Positions 1-8,500 of a DNA stretch of 38,868 bases are shown here, piece after piece. The notes below the pieces were generated by a model. The model was not told where the DNA came from. It worked only from the letters and a program-made list of their open reading frames with translations, and ran no database searches. Positions within the stretch are counted from its first letter, which is position 1, and every line of letters begins with the position of its first letter. The stretch is from contig JBDRBU010000117.1 in assembly GCA_043822305.1 (NCBI GenBank), positions 1 through 38,868 on the forward strand. The letters run 5' to 3'. This DNA comes from Candidatus Firestoneibacteriota bacterium. GTDB lineage: Bacteria > Oederibacteriota > D2-FULL-39-29 > JBDRBU01. A program made the position numbers and the translations under genes.

Positions 1-117
1 GATAATTTAAAGGTTGCAAAAGAAGCGAGATTGATGTATTATTATGAAAAGAAAGTTGTTGTAAAACTTAAGACGGGAGAGCCAGAGCTTGTATACAACT
101 CCTCCGCAGCTTTATGA
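1..117 (+). CDS. 3' end of a convergent ORF entering from the left edge (possibly a transposase tail)
   Basis: Frame +1 is open from base 1 to TGA at 115-117 (DNLKVAKEARLMYYYEKKVVVKLKTGEPELVYNSSAAL*). It overlaps the apparently non-homologous tail of amrB. No product can be recognised from 38 aa. Confidence 0.35.
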   Translation, partial: DNLKVAKEARLMYYYEKKVVVKLKTGEPELVYNSSAAL

Positions 118-1114
118 CAAAATCGAAAAATAATTCCGCATCTTTTAAAAAACTTTCTATAGATTCTCTGGCCATTAACAGTAGTTCTTTTTTTAACTCA
201 TCGTTTAATTCAGATTTTGTCTCTTTTATAAATGCAACCGTTCCGTATCCTACAACTTTCTTTTTATCACCATCTTGAGTATCGCCTGAATTTGCATATT
301 TTAAAATAGTTGCTTTGTTCACTCCTAATTCTTTTAAACAAATAATACCAGTTAAACTTGCTTCAAATCCACAAACAGTACACAAAACTCCTTCATAACC
401 TTTGCTCATTATCTCTTTATCTAATTTAATTAAATTCTCTGGATTTAAATTTTGAATTTCTTTTAAAATTTGCATATCTATTTTATTCGCAACTTCATCT
501 GGAGGATAATGAGATAAATCAGTAGAAATTAAAATAATGCACTTCTTCTCATCTTTAAGCACTTTGGCTATACTTTTGCCTATTGATTTGCATTGATTAT
601 AATCAAAACGACTAACCAATATAGGAACTATTGCAAAATCTTTTAAAACTTTTTGAAGAAAAGGAATCTGGACTTCTAACGAATGTTCATTCATATGGGG
701 TTCTTTAGATGCCTTAATTAGTTTATTTGATTTAATGATTTTACCAGCAAGTTTTTCATTTATTTTAACTTCTCCAAGTGGTGTTAAAAAAGAACCCTTA
801 TCATAAACGGCTGCATAATCAAGTAAAAATTGATGAGATGGACCTATCATAATTACTGTTTTTATATCTTTATTTTCAAGCAATTTATATGAATAACCAG
901 CCACTCCACCCGAAAACACATAACCTGCATGTGGAACTATAATCCCCAGAAGTTCACCAAAGATATCTTGTCTAGTAGATTCTTTTAAAATTTTTTTTAC
1001 CATACTCTCTAATTCAGTTATATCTTTGGGATAAAAAGCACCAGCAGCTACCGGTTCTCTTACCTGTCCGTAAGACATGGTCAACATACAACAAAAAATT
1101 ATTAGTTTCTTCAT
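68..1114 (-). CDS. amrB: AmmeMemoRadiSam system protein B (MEMO1 family), probably a truncated AmrB-AmrA fusion
   Basis: Motifs VREPVAAGAFYP, IVPHAGYVFSG, GPSH, EHSLEVQIPFLQ, STDLSHY, KYANSGD and VVGY; adjacent to amrS. The tail ELKKELLLMARESIESFL resembles the first helix of AMMECR1. Confidence 0.9.
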   Translation of the reverse strand: MKKLIIFCCMLTMSYGQVREPVAAGAFYPKDITELESMVKKILKESTRQDIFGELLGIIVPHAGYVFSGGVAGYSYKLLENKDIKTVIMIGPSHQFLLDYAAVYDKGSFLTPLGEVKINEKLAGKIIKSNKLIKASKEPHMNEHSLEVQIPFLQKVLKDFAIVPILVSRFDYNQCKSIGKSIAKVLKDEKKCIILISTDLSHYPPDEVANKIDMQILKEIQNLNPENLIKLDKEIMSKGYEGVLCTVCGFEASLTGIICLKELGVNKATILKYANSGDTQDGDKKKVVGYGTVAFIKETKSELNDELKKELLLMARESIESFLKDAELFFDFVIKLRRSCIQALALPS

Positions 1115-2230
1115 CTAATCCCCTTCCCATATTCCAGGAATCTTATTACCGCAAAATTTACATTTTCCTTTAACAATATTATTTTCTAACACATCATATC
1201 CTAATCTTTTTATCAAATTTTTTTTGCATTTAGGACAATAAGTTGATTCACCCGGATGACCTACAACATTTCCTATGTATACATAATTCAAACCTTCTTT
1301 TAAGGCTATATCTCTACACTTTTCTAATGTTAAAATTGGAGTCTCTGGCAAATTTCTTAATTTATAATTAGGATAAAATTTTGAGAAAAATAAAGGCGTA
1401 TCAGAACCTAAATTTTCCTTAATCCATTTACACATCTTTTTAATATCAGTAAATGAATCGTTTAAACCAGGCACAACCAGATTTACTACTTCTATGATGA
1501 CCTTACTATTTTTTTTTATCGTAAGAAGTGTATTTAAAACACATTGTAAGTCACCACTTACTACTTCTTCGTAAAATTTTTCATTAAACCCTTTTAAGTC
1601 AACTTTTATAACATCAAAATACTGTAACAACTCCTTTAAAGGCTCTGGATTTATAAACCCGCCCGTAACAAGAATATTTTTAAGTCCGTTTTTTTTGGCT
1701 AACTTAGCCGTATCTAAAACATACTCATAAAAAACAACTGGCTCAGAGTATGTATAGGCTATTGATTTACAATTAAGTTTTATGGCATTCAGGACAACAT
1801 CTTGGGGTGAAAGATATTCAGAATTAACTTCTTCAGGATTACTTTGCGAAATCTGCCAGTTCTGACAAAATTTACATCTTAGATTACATCCAACTGTGGC
1901 GATAGAATATGCAGTCGTCCCTGGTAACATATGGAACACAGGTTTTTTTTCTATTGGGTCAACATTTTTTGCAACTACTCTTCCATAAACTAATGTATAT
2001 AACTTTCCCTTAATATTTATTCTAACCCTGCAATTTCCCTTTTGTCCATCTTTTAAAACACATCTAAATGGACAAAGCAAGCATTGAACATCATTATCAA
2101 TTTTTTTCCAATACTTCGCTTCATATGTAAAGGTACTCGGAGTCGTCCCTGACCCCGGAAGGTATTTATTTGAATTCAGGCAAAAAACAATCAATACAAT
2201 TGAAAATAAAAAAACTCTTGACAATTTCAT
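1115..2230 (-). CDS. amrS: AmmeMemoRadiSam system radical SAM enzyme
   Basis: N-terminal CLLCPFRC..GNCRVR, VDPIEKKPVFH, radical SAM CNLRCKFC motif, AYTYSEP, YVYIGNV, C-terminal CPKC/CKFC. Confidence 0.93.
   Translation of the reverse strand: MKLSRVFLFSIVLIVFCLNSNKYLPGSGTTPSTFTYEAKYWKKIDNDVQCLLCPFRCVLKDGQKGNCRVRINIKGKLYTLVYGRVVAKNVDPIEKKPVFHMLPGTTAYSIATVGCNLRCKFCQNWQISQSNPEEVNSEYLSPQDVVLNAIKLNCKSIAYTYSEPVVFYEYVLDTAKLAKKNGLKNILVTGGFINPEPLKELLQYFDVIKVDLKGFNEKFYEEVVSGDLQCVLNTLLTIKKNSKVIIEVVNLVVPGLNDSFTDIKKMCKWIKENLGSDTPLFFSKFYPNYKLRNLPETPILTLEKCRDIALKEGLNYVYIGNVVGHPGESTYCPKCKKNLIKRLGYDVLENNIVKGKCKFCGNKIPGIWEGD
2136..2159. repeat. 24-bp palindrome family B copy, translated in frame inside amrS
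   Basis: ctcggagtcgtccctgaccccgga resembles the copies at 18838, 22127 and 27700; this stretch encodes PGSGTTPS. Confidence 0.8.
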
Positions 2231-3582
2231 AGGTAAGATATCTTGCTTTTTTTCTCTTTAGGACCTTTTTCCTGCTTCTGTACACCTTTAGTGATTTCTT
2301 CTTCCTGCTGAGCTAAAAGTAAATATGCCTGATGAAGCCTCTGCCTTACGACCATATTGTGAGGCTCTTTCTTTAAAATTACCCTGTATATTTCTAATGC
2401 TTTCTCAAAAAAACTATCTTCCATATATTTCTCAGCCAAATCAAACAACTCCTGCACATCTCCTTTTATAGAAGTCAAAGGAGTAACTGTCTCAAAAACT
2501 TCTTCTTTTGGTAAAGATTTTGAAACAGGCTCTATTGGAGGAGGTTGAACAACTTCTTTTTCAACAGGTTTTGCCGGTGTCCCTACTTCAGATCCAGCTA
2601 ATTTCTGTTTAACAATTTCATTTGAGGGGTCCAAACTTAATGCTTGGCTATAACTTCCCTTTGCTTTAATTTGTAATTTAAATTTAGCAAATAAATCCCC
2701 AGCCTGAATATACTCAGATACGGCATCTTTGATATTCCCTTTTTGTTTAAATAAATCCGCGTATTTCTCATGTGCTTCAGAACTTGTTGGTGAATATTTT
2801 ATTAATTCCTGGCAGGCTTTTATAGCCTCATCTATCAAATTATTCTTTACCTGTAATTCAATAGCCCTTAAATAATGTTCTGTCCCCTCTTTTGAAAAAC
2901 CCTTTTTAAAATATACTTCACCTATCCCTTTTTGGGAATCAATATTTTCCGGCTCTAACTTTAATATTTTTTCAAAAGCGCTTATGGCTTCTGTAAACTT
3001 ACTAATATTTGAATAACAATAGCCCAGATAAAGTAACGCACTTGTATGATTAATTTTTATTCTGGTAAGTAATTCAAACTCAATAGCGGATTCTTTCCAC
3101 ATTTCCCTTTTAAAGTTAATCAGCCCTGTAATATAATGCGCTTCAATACTTTTTAAATCTATTGCTTTTTTTGAATACTCCTCTGCTTTATTTAAATCGT
3201 TTTCTGACAAATAATGTTCGGCAATAGCCAGAAATTCAAGTTTTGCTTCTCTTTCCATTTCTTGACTAACATAAATCTCACCGGCTTTAATCCTGGCTTC
3301 AATACATACAGGATTTACTTCCAATACTTTTTGAAAATACTTAAGTGCGCTTTTAAATAACCTGCTTTCATAATAAGCATTTCCAAGAAGTAAAAACTCA
3401 ATAGAAGCCTTTTCCTTAAACCCTTTCTCAAAATATAAATCAGCAAGTTTCGCATGTGCTTCTGCATAGTTATGATCAGCCTCTACAATCTTTTCATAAA
3501 CAGAAATAGCATTATCCTTATCATTCTGCTGCAGGTAATTATTGGCTTCGTTTAATAATTTTTGTATTTCTTCTTCTTTCAC
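2227..3582 (-). CDS. Tetratricopeptide repeat protein
   Basis: Many TPR-like helical repeats (e.g. AEAHAKLADLYFEKG, ALKYFQKVLEVNP, AISAFEKILKLEPEN), a Pro-rich linker and a C-terminal TPR; GTG start. Confidence 0.85.
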   Translation of the reverse strand: MKEEEIQKLLNEANNYLQQNDKDNAISVYEKIVEADHNYAEAHAKLADLYFEKGFKEKASIEFLLLGNAYYESRLFKSALKYFQKVLEVNPVCIEARIKAGEIYVSQEMEREAKLEFLAIAEHYLSENDLNKAEEYSKKAIDLKSIEAHYITGLINFKREMWKESAIEFELLTRIKINHTSALLYLGYCYSNISKFTEAISAFEKILKLEPENIDSQKGIGEVYFKKGFSKEGTEHYLRAIELQVKNNLIDEAIKACQELIKYSPTSSEAHEKYADLFKQKGNIKDAVSEYIQAGDLFAKFKLQIKAKGSYSQALSLDPSNEIVKQKLAGSEVGTPAKPVEKEVVQPPPIEPVSKSLPKEEVFETVTPLTSIKGDVQELFDLAEKYMEDSFFEKALEIYRVILKKEPHNMVVRQRLHQAYLLLAQQEEEITKGVQKQEKGPKEKKSKISYL

Positions 3583-3608
3583 TTTTTTTCCTTTTTTCTC
3601 GTAAGCAT

Positions 3609-4700
3609 CTACCTTTTTAACTTAATAGAAGAACCACTACTAATTAATCCTTCTAATCCTAATTTCAATTCTGTAGGACTGTTTGCTTCAGCCAGTGCAT
3701 CTTCCATAGTAATTAATTCTTCTTTATAAAGCTCAAGTAAACTTTGGTCAAAAGTTTGCATTTTGTACTGAACTGCTCCGGCCTGGATAGTTGCTCTTAG
3801 TTGAGAAGTTTTCTGCTCTCTAATAAGTGCTCGGACCGTAGGAGTAGCTATTAAAATTTCTATGGCTGGAACTCTTCCTTTGCCCCCGGTTCTTCTAAGA
3901 AGTCTTAATGATATCACGGCTGTTATTGTTGAAGCAAGCTGTATTCTGATTTGTGACTGTTGTTCTACTGGAAAAGAATCAATAATCCTATCAACAGTCT
4001 GACCGGCATCCATAGTATGTAAACTACTCATAACCAGATGGCCCGTTTCAGCCGCTGACAAAGCAGCAGAAATAGTTTCATGATCTCTCATCTCACCTAC
4101 CATGATTACATCAGGGTCCTGTCTTAAAACAGATTTTAACGCAGTGGAAAATGTTTCTGTATCAACCCCTACTTCTCTTTGGCATATACAACCTTTTTTA
4201 TCATCAAAAATAAATTCAATAGGATCCTCTATGATCACTATATGACTTGCTAAATTCTCATTTATATGATTAATCATGGCGGCCAGAGTAGTAGACTTTC
4301 CGCTACCGGCGGTCCCGGTCACAAGTATTAAACCCCTTTTATCAATAGATATCTCTCTTAAAACCTCCGGTAAATGTAATTCTTCAAAAGTTAAAATCTT
4401 CTTTGGAATTACCCTTAAAGCAATAGCAATTGTTCCTCTTTGCATAGATATATTTGCTCTTACTCTGTAATCTCCAACTTCTTTAGCCAGGTCAATTTCA
4501 TTGGTTCTTTCAAACTTATTTTTTTGCTTTTCATTCATCAGACTATTGGCAATACTAAGAGTATCTTGAGAGACTAATTTCTCATCACCAAAATTTACTA
4601 ACTCGCCATCTATTCTCCATAATGGTGGACTTCCTACTTTTAAATGAATATCAGATGCCTGCTGGTCTAACATTTCTTGAAGTAAAAGATTTATATTCAT
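3609..4700 (-). CDS. pilT: PilT/PilU-family type IV pilus retraction ATPase
   Basis: ASDIHLKVGSPP, Walker A GTAGSGKST, EDPIE Asp box, LRQDPDVIMVGEMRD, AETGHLVMSSLH, AIRNLIRE-like TVRALIRE, MQTFDQSL. Confidence 0.9.
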   Translation of the reverse strand: MNINLLLQEMLDQQASDIHLKVGSPPLWRIDGELVNFGDEKLVSQDTLSIANSLMNEKQKNKFERTNEIDLAKEVGDYRVRANISMQRGTIAIALRVIPKKILTFEELHLPEVLREISIDKRGLILVTGTAGSGKSTTLAAMINHINENLASHIVIIEDPIEFIFDDKKGCICQREVGVDTETFSTALKSVLRQDPDVIMVGEMRDHETISAALSAAETGHLVMSSLHTMDAGQTVDRIIDSFPVEQQSQIRIQLASTITAVISLRLLRRTGGKGRVPAIEILIATPTVRALIREQKTSQLRATIQAGAVQYKMQTFDQSLLELYKEELITMEDALAEANSPTELKLGLEGLISSGSSIKLKR

Positions 4701-4725
4701 ATTCTCACCTCTCCTGAATTAATAT

Positions 4726-4754
4726 ATTCTACCAAATAAATCAATAAATTTCAA
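4726..4754 (-). promoter_or_regulatory. sigma70-type promoter upstream of pilT
   Basis: Minus strand TTGAAA-17 nt-TAGAAT with TGn extension; SD AGGAGAGGTG downstream. Confidence 0.6.
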
Positions 4755-4764
4755 CAATTTAACT

Positions 4765-5652
4765 TTAAAACAAACCAAGTAATTTAATTACAATCGGTCC
4801 AAATATCATTATAAATATTACAGGGAAAATAAAAATTACAAGTGGTATAAGCAACTTCGTAGGAGCTTGCATAGCTAATTTCTCTATTCTTTGTGTTCTT
4901 TTAACTCTAATCTGAGATGCTTGTATTCTTAATGTATTGGCCAGACTTGTCCCAAGTTGTTCTGATTGGATAACAGAAGAAACAAAAGACGAAAAATCAG
5001 ACAGACCAACTCTATGGGACATATCTTTTAAAGATTCTTTCCTGCTTTTCCCCAATTTCACATCCATGAGCATCTCTGCAAATTCCGACTTTAAGAATGA
5101 AACTTTCGATTTTTCAACAAATTTAGATATCGCACCTTCAAATGTAAGCCCTGCTTCTACACAAACAGTAATTAAATCAAGAGCATATGGTAAATTTTTT
5201 GATATGTCTTTTTCATAAACTCCCCTTTTTTCTTTTAACCACAAATCAGGCAAAAAGAAACCTAAGACACTTATAACCAGACCAATAAAATCCACCTTAT
5301 CAAACAATAGAAAGTAAACAAACAAAATCATTATGGCCAATAACTCTTTTAAGGCCATAAATTCATCCGGAGTAAACCCCGTTAGAGAACTTCCTTTAAT
5401 TGAATTTGAAATTTTTGCAAAATTTATCTTTTTTTGCAATTTCCCTCTATAACTATCAATTGGAAGTTTTTTGTTGGGGACACTGATTATCCTTAATAAG
5501 TCTTTAAAAATTTCATTAAGAGAAATTTTCCCTTTTTCTATAATCCTATCTGAAATTGTTTTTACTTCTCTTTTCTCTTGAATATATTTAATAAATAAAA
5601 ATATGGCCATAAAAAACAATAAAGAAACAATTATCTTCACAAATTCCTCCAA
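4765..5652 (-). CDS. tadC: Type II secretion system F family protein, TadC-like
   Basis: LPYALDLITVCVEAGLTF, QSEQLGTSLANTLR, KLAMQAPTKLLIPLVIFIFP; follows the tadB-like gene; TTG start. Confidence 0.85.
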   Translation of the reverse strand: MEEFVKIIVSLLFFMAIFLFIKYIQEKREVKTISDRIIEKGKISLNEIFKDLLRIISVPNKKLPIDSYRGKLQKKINFAKISNSIKGSSLTGFTPDEFMALKELLAIMILFVYFLLFDKVDFIGLVISVLGFFLPDLWLKEKRGVYEKDISKNLPYALDLITVCVEAGLTFEGAISKFVEKSKVSFLKSEFAEMLMDVKLGKSRKESLKDMSHRVGLSDFSSFVSSVIQSEQLGTSLANTLRIQASQIRVKRTQRIEKLAMQAPTKLLIPLVIFIFPVIFIMIFGPIVIKLLGLF

Positions 5653-5657
5653 TATTT

Positions 5658-5681
5658 AATCCGCAATTCGCAATCCGTAAT
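5658..5681. repeat. Heptamer tandem repeat (AATYCGY)
   Basis: aatccgc aattcgc aatccgt aat; the same unit occurs at 14007 and 25683. Confidence 0.75.
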
Positions 5682-5686
5682 TATAT

Positions 5687-6385
5687 TTATATATCTATAT
5701 TAACAATCTTTCTAATAAACAAAATGCCGGTTATTTCCATAATGATTGCAACAACAACCATCAAAATCCCTCTAATATCAGTAAACATGGGTATAATTAA
5801 ATCCGGGTCTATTAAATAAATAATAAAAGTAAGAATAAAGGGCAATAAACCTACTATCCAACCAGAAAGTTTGCCTTGGGCTGTTAAAACTTTAACCTGC
5901 CCTTCTAATCTACTTTTTTCTCGTATGCTTCCTGCAACTTTATTTAGAACTTCTGCTAAATTTCCTCCAGTTTCTTTAGTAATAATCACCGTCGTAACTA
6001 ATAAATCTAAATTTTCATTTTTATTCTTTTGTGACAACTCTAATAAAGCATTCTCTAAAGTTACACCTAACCTGTGTTTACTTAAAACTTCTTTGAATTC
6101 TAATGATAATGGAGGAGGAACTTCTTCAATGAGCACATTAAGTGCCTGCTGGAATGTTAACCCTGCTCTTAATGAATTTGCGATTAAATCAACACTATCA
6201 ACTAACTGGTCATTAAATTTTTGCAAATAATCTTTCTTCTTTTTATACTCTAAATATTTTGGAATAAAAATTATTAAACCAGAAATTATTAATGCAAATA
6301 AGAAGTTTGAAAAAACTACAAAAATTATAAAAACTATAATAGACGATAAAATTAACAAATTATTATTAATTTTCATATCAGACAT
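5687..6385 (-). CDS. tadB: Type II secretion system F family protein, TadB-like
   Basis: QLVDSVDLIANSLRAG, ETGGNLAEVL, LTAQGKLSGWIVGLLP, IRKIVNIDI end. Confidence 0.88.
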   Translation of the reverse strand: MSDMKINNNLLILSSIIVFIIFVVFSNFLFALIISGLIIFIPKYLEYKKKKDYLQKFNDQLVDSVDLIANSLRAGLTFQQALNVLIEEVPPPLSLEFKEVLSKHRLGVTLENALLELSQKNKNENLDLLVTTVIITKETGGNLAEVLNKVAGSIREKSRLEGQVKVLTAQGKLSGWIVGLLPFILTFIIYLIDPDLIIPMFTDIRGILMVVVAIIMEITGILFIRKIVNIDI

Positions 6386-6399
6386 CTCTCCGAAAGATA

Positions 6400-7455
6400 T
6401 TATACCACAAATCTTTTTTGAAGTGTAGTATTTTTTAATTTCATTAATTTCATTACTTCCCCATAAACTTCATTAACACTTACAGAATGCATACATTTGA
6501 AATCATCACATTTTGTTTTTTCACATGGCTGGCAGGGTAAATTAGCACTTAGAGCCATATGTTTTGGGTCATTTGGTGGATTCCATGCATTTTTATTCGC
6601 CGTACCAAAAATAGTAACTGTTGGCACACCAAAGGCAACGGCTATATGTTGGGCTACGGTAGTATTAGTTACAAGCAGATTTAATCTCTTTATCAATGCT
6701 GAAAGTTGTTTTAGATTTGTAGGTGGTGCAACTATAGGTTTATTTCTCATTTTAGATATAATCCTATCAAGTTCATCTTTTTCAGAAGGACCCCATATAA
6801 AAACAACATTAAAACCATCTTTTATTAGTCTTTCGGATAATTCCATAAACTTATCATTTCCCCATTTTCTAGTATATACACTCCCAAAAGGATTCATCCC
6901 AACCAAACATTTATTTAATAAAGACTTTTCTTTTAAAAATCCTTCAATATATTCTATCGCATCTTTTGGCAAGAATATCTCTAAACTTTTGTTATTTGTA
7001 TCCGCTCCAATTTTTCTAACAATTTCAAGATTAGCCTCAACATTATAAATAATCTTTTTAAGCCCTTGTACTTTTATATTATAAAAATACTTCCTAAATC
7101 TATAAGTCATCCCCAATCTATATCTTGCTCCGCTTAAAAAAGAAAGAATTGCACTTCTTGGATTCCCAAATAAATCTACAACTAAATCAAACTTTTTCTT
7201 TCTTATTTCATTTATAAACCTTATATTATCTAATAAATTTTTAATTTTACTTTTATCAAAACAAATTATCTCATCTACTAAATTAAGTCCAGACACAATA
7301 TCATATCCATCTTTATTGATAAGTAATGTTACTTTTGCTTCAGGGAAACTCTCTTTAACGGCCCTGATGGCCGGCTCACTAAGTAAAATATCCCCCAACC
7401 CCTTAAATTTTACAATTAATATCTTTTTAATATCTTCTTTTTTTAGTTTCTTCAT
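6400..7455 (-). CDS. Glycosyltransferase family 9 (heptosyltransferase-like)
   Basis: KILIVKFKGLGDILLSEP, FDLVVDL, HIAVAFGVPTVTIFG, CQPC motif. ATG at 7455 follows GGAG (the ORF track starts at 7464). Confidence 0.88.
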   Translation of the reverse strand: MKKLKKEDIKKILIVKFKGLGDILLSEPAIRAVKESFPEAKVTLLINKDGYDIVSGLNLVDEIICFDKSKIKNLLDNIRFINEIRKKKFDLVVDLFGNPRSAILSFLSGARYRLGMTYRFRKYFYNIKVQGLKKIIYNVEANLEIVRKIGADTNNKSLEIFLPKDAIEYIEGFLKEKSLLNKCLVGMNPFGSVYTRKWGNDKFMELSERLIKDGFNVVFIWGPSEKDELDRIISKMRNKPIVAPPTNLKQLSALIKRLNLLVTNTTVAQHIAVAFGVPTVTIFGTANKNAWNPPNDPKHMALSANLPCQPCEKTKCDDFKCMHSVSVNEVYGEVMKLMKLKNTTLQKRFVV

Positions 7456-8500
7456 TTTTCTCACTCCAATCCTCTATGCCTCTAACCCTCTGCGACTCCA
7501 ACCCTCCAAGCATCCAATCCTCCACTTCATCCACGCTTATCAACTTCATACATTTTAAATCGTCACAAAAATTTTTATGACATGGCCAGCATTCTACATC
7601 TTTACTTATAAATACAAATTTATCATCTTTATATGGAAACCAAGTTTCATTTTCTTTCGCTCTAAATATGGCAATTGTAGGAATACCTAATGCAACTGAA
7701 ATATGAAAAGCACCTGTATTATTTGTTACAAACAATTTGCAGGTATTAATTACGGCAGCCAATTCACGCAAATTTAATTCATCGGCTAATATTGGTTTTC
7801 TCTTCATTAAATTATAAATATCCTTGGATAATTCTTTTTCGTTAGGACCACTGAATAACAAAACAGTCTTACCATCTCTTATAATTCTATCTCCAAGTTC
7901 TGCAAACTTTTCCTTAGGCCATCTTCTTGCTGGCTGACCTCCAGGATTAATACCAATTATATCATTTTTTACTTCTAATCCTTTGCTTTTTAAAAAAATA
8001 TTAGCCCTTTTTTCTTCTTCTTTAGATAAAAAAATCTCAGTTTTTCTATTTAAAGTCCTCACTCCAATTGTATTTAAAACTTGCTCATAGACATCAAGGG
8101 CATCTTTCTTGCTATCGTCTTTTACATCTTCCCCCACCACTCTGTTATAAGCATATTTTCTAAATCTAAAATCAAATCCGACTCTTATATTAGCACCACT
8201 TATATATGATATTAACGCACTCCTGGGATTTCCAAACAAGTCTATAGCTAAATCAAATTTCTTGCTTCTTACTCTTAATAATGTTTTCATAAAACTCATA
8301 AATGTCTTTTTCTCACAAGGTATCAATTCATCTATATAAGGGTTCTCTTTTAAAATTTGCAGATAATGTGGCTCAGCCATATATGAAAGATGGCTTTCGG
8401 GAAAATTTGTCTTTAAAGACCTGATAAGAGGAGTAGTTAGAACCAAATCCCCAACATATCTTAACCTAATAATCAATATCCTTTTTATATCTTCTTTCAC
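7427..8500 (-). CDS. Glycosyltransferase family 9
   Basis: RILIIRLRYVGDLVLTTP, NNTGAFHISVALGIPTIAIF, CWPC. Likely GTG start at 8500 in a GTGA overlap with the upstream stop (the ORF track starts at 8527). Confidence 0.88.
   Translation of the reverse strand: MKEDIKRILIIRLRYVGDLVLTTPLIRSLKTNFPESHLSYMAEPHYLQILKENPYIDELIPCEKKTFMSFMKTLLRVRSKKFDLAIDLFGNPRSALISYISGANIRVGFDFRFRKYAYNRVVGEDVKDDSKKDALDVYEQVLNTIGVRTLNRKTEIFLSKEEEKRANIFLKSKGLEVKNDIIGINPGGQPARRWPKEKFAELGDRIIRDGKTVLLFSGPNEKELSKDIYNLMKRKPILADELNLRELAAVINTCKLFVTNNTGAFHISVALGIPTIAIFRAKENETWFPYKDDKFVFISKDVECWPCHKNFCDDLKCMKLISVDEVEDWMLGGLESQRVRGIEDWSEKNEETKKRRY
7464..7527. repeat. Degenerate 8 x 8-bp tandem repeat (CTCYAAYC-like) in the 3' end of the GT9 gene
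   Basis: ctccaatc ctctatgc ctctaacc ctctgcga ctccaacc ctccaagc atccaatc ctccactt. Confidence 0.7.
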
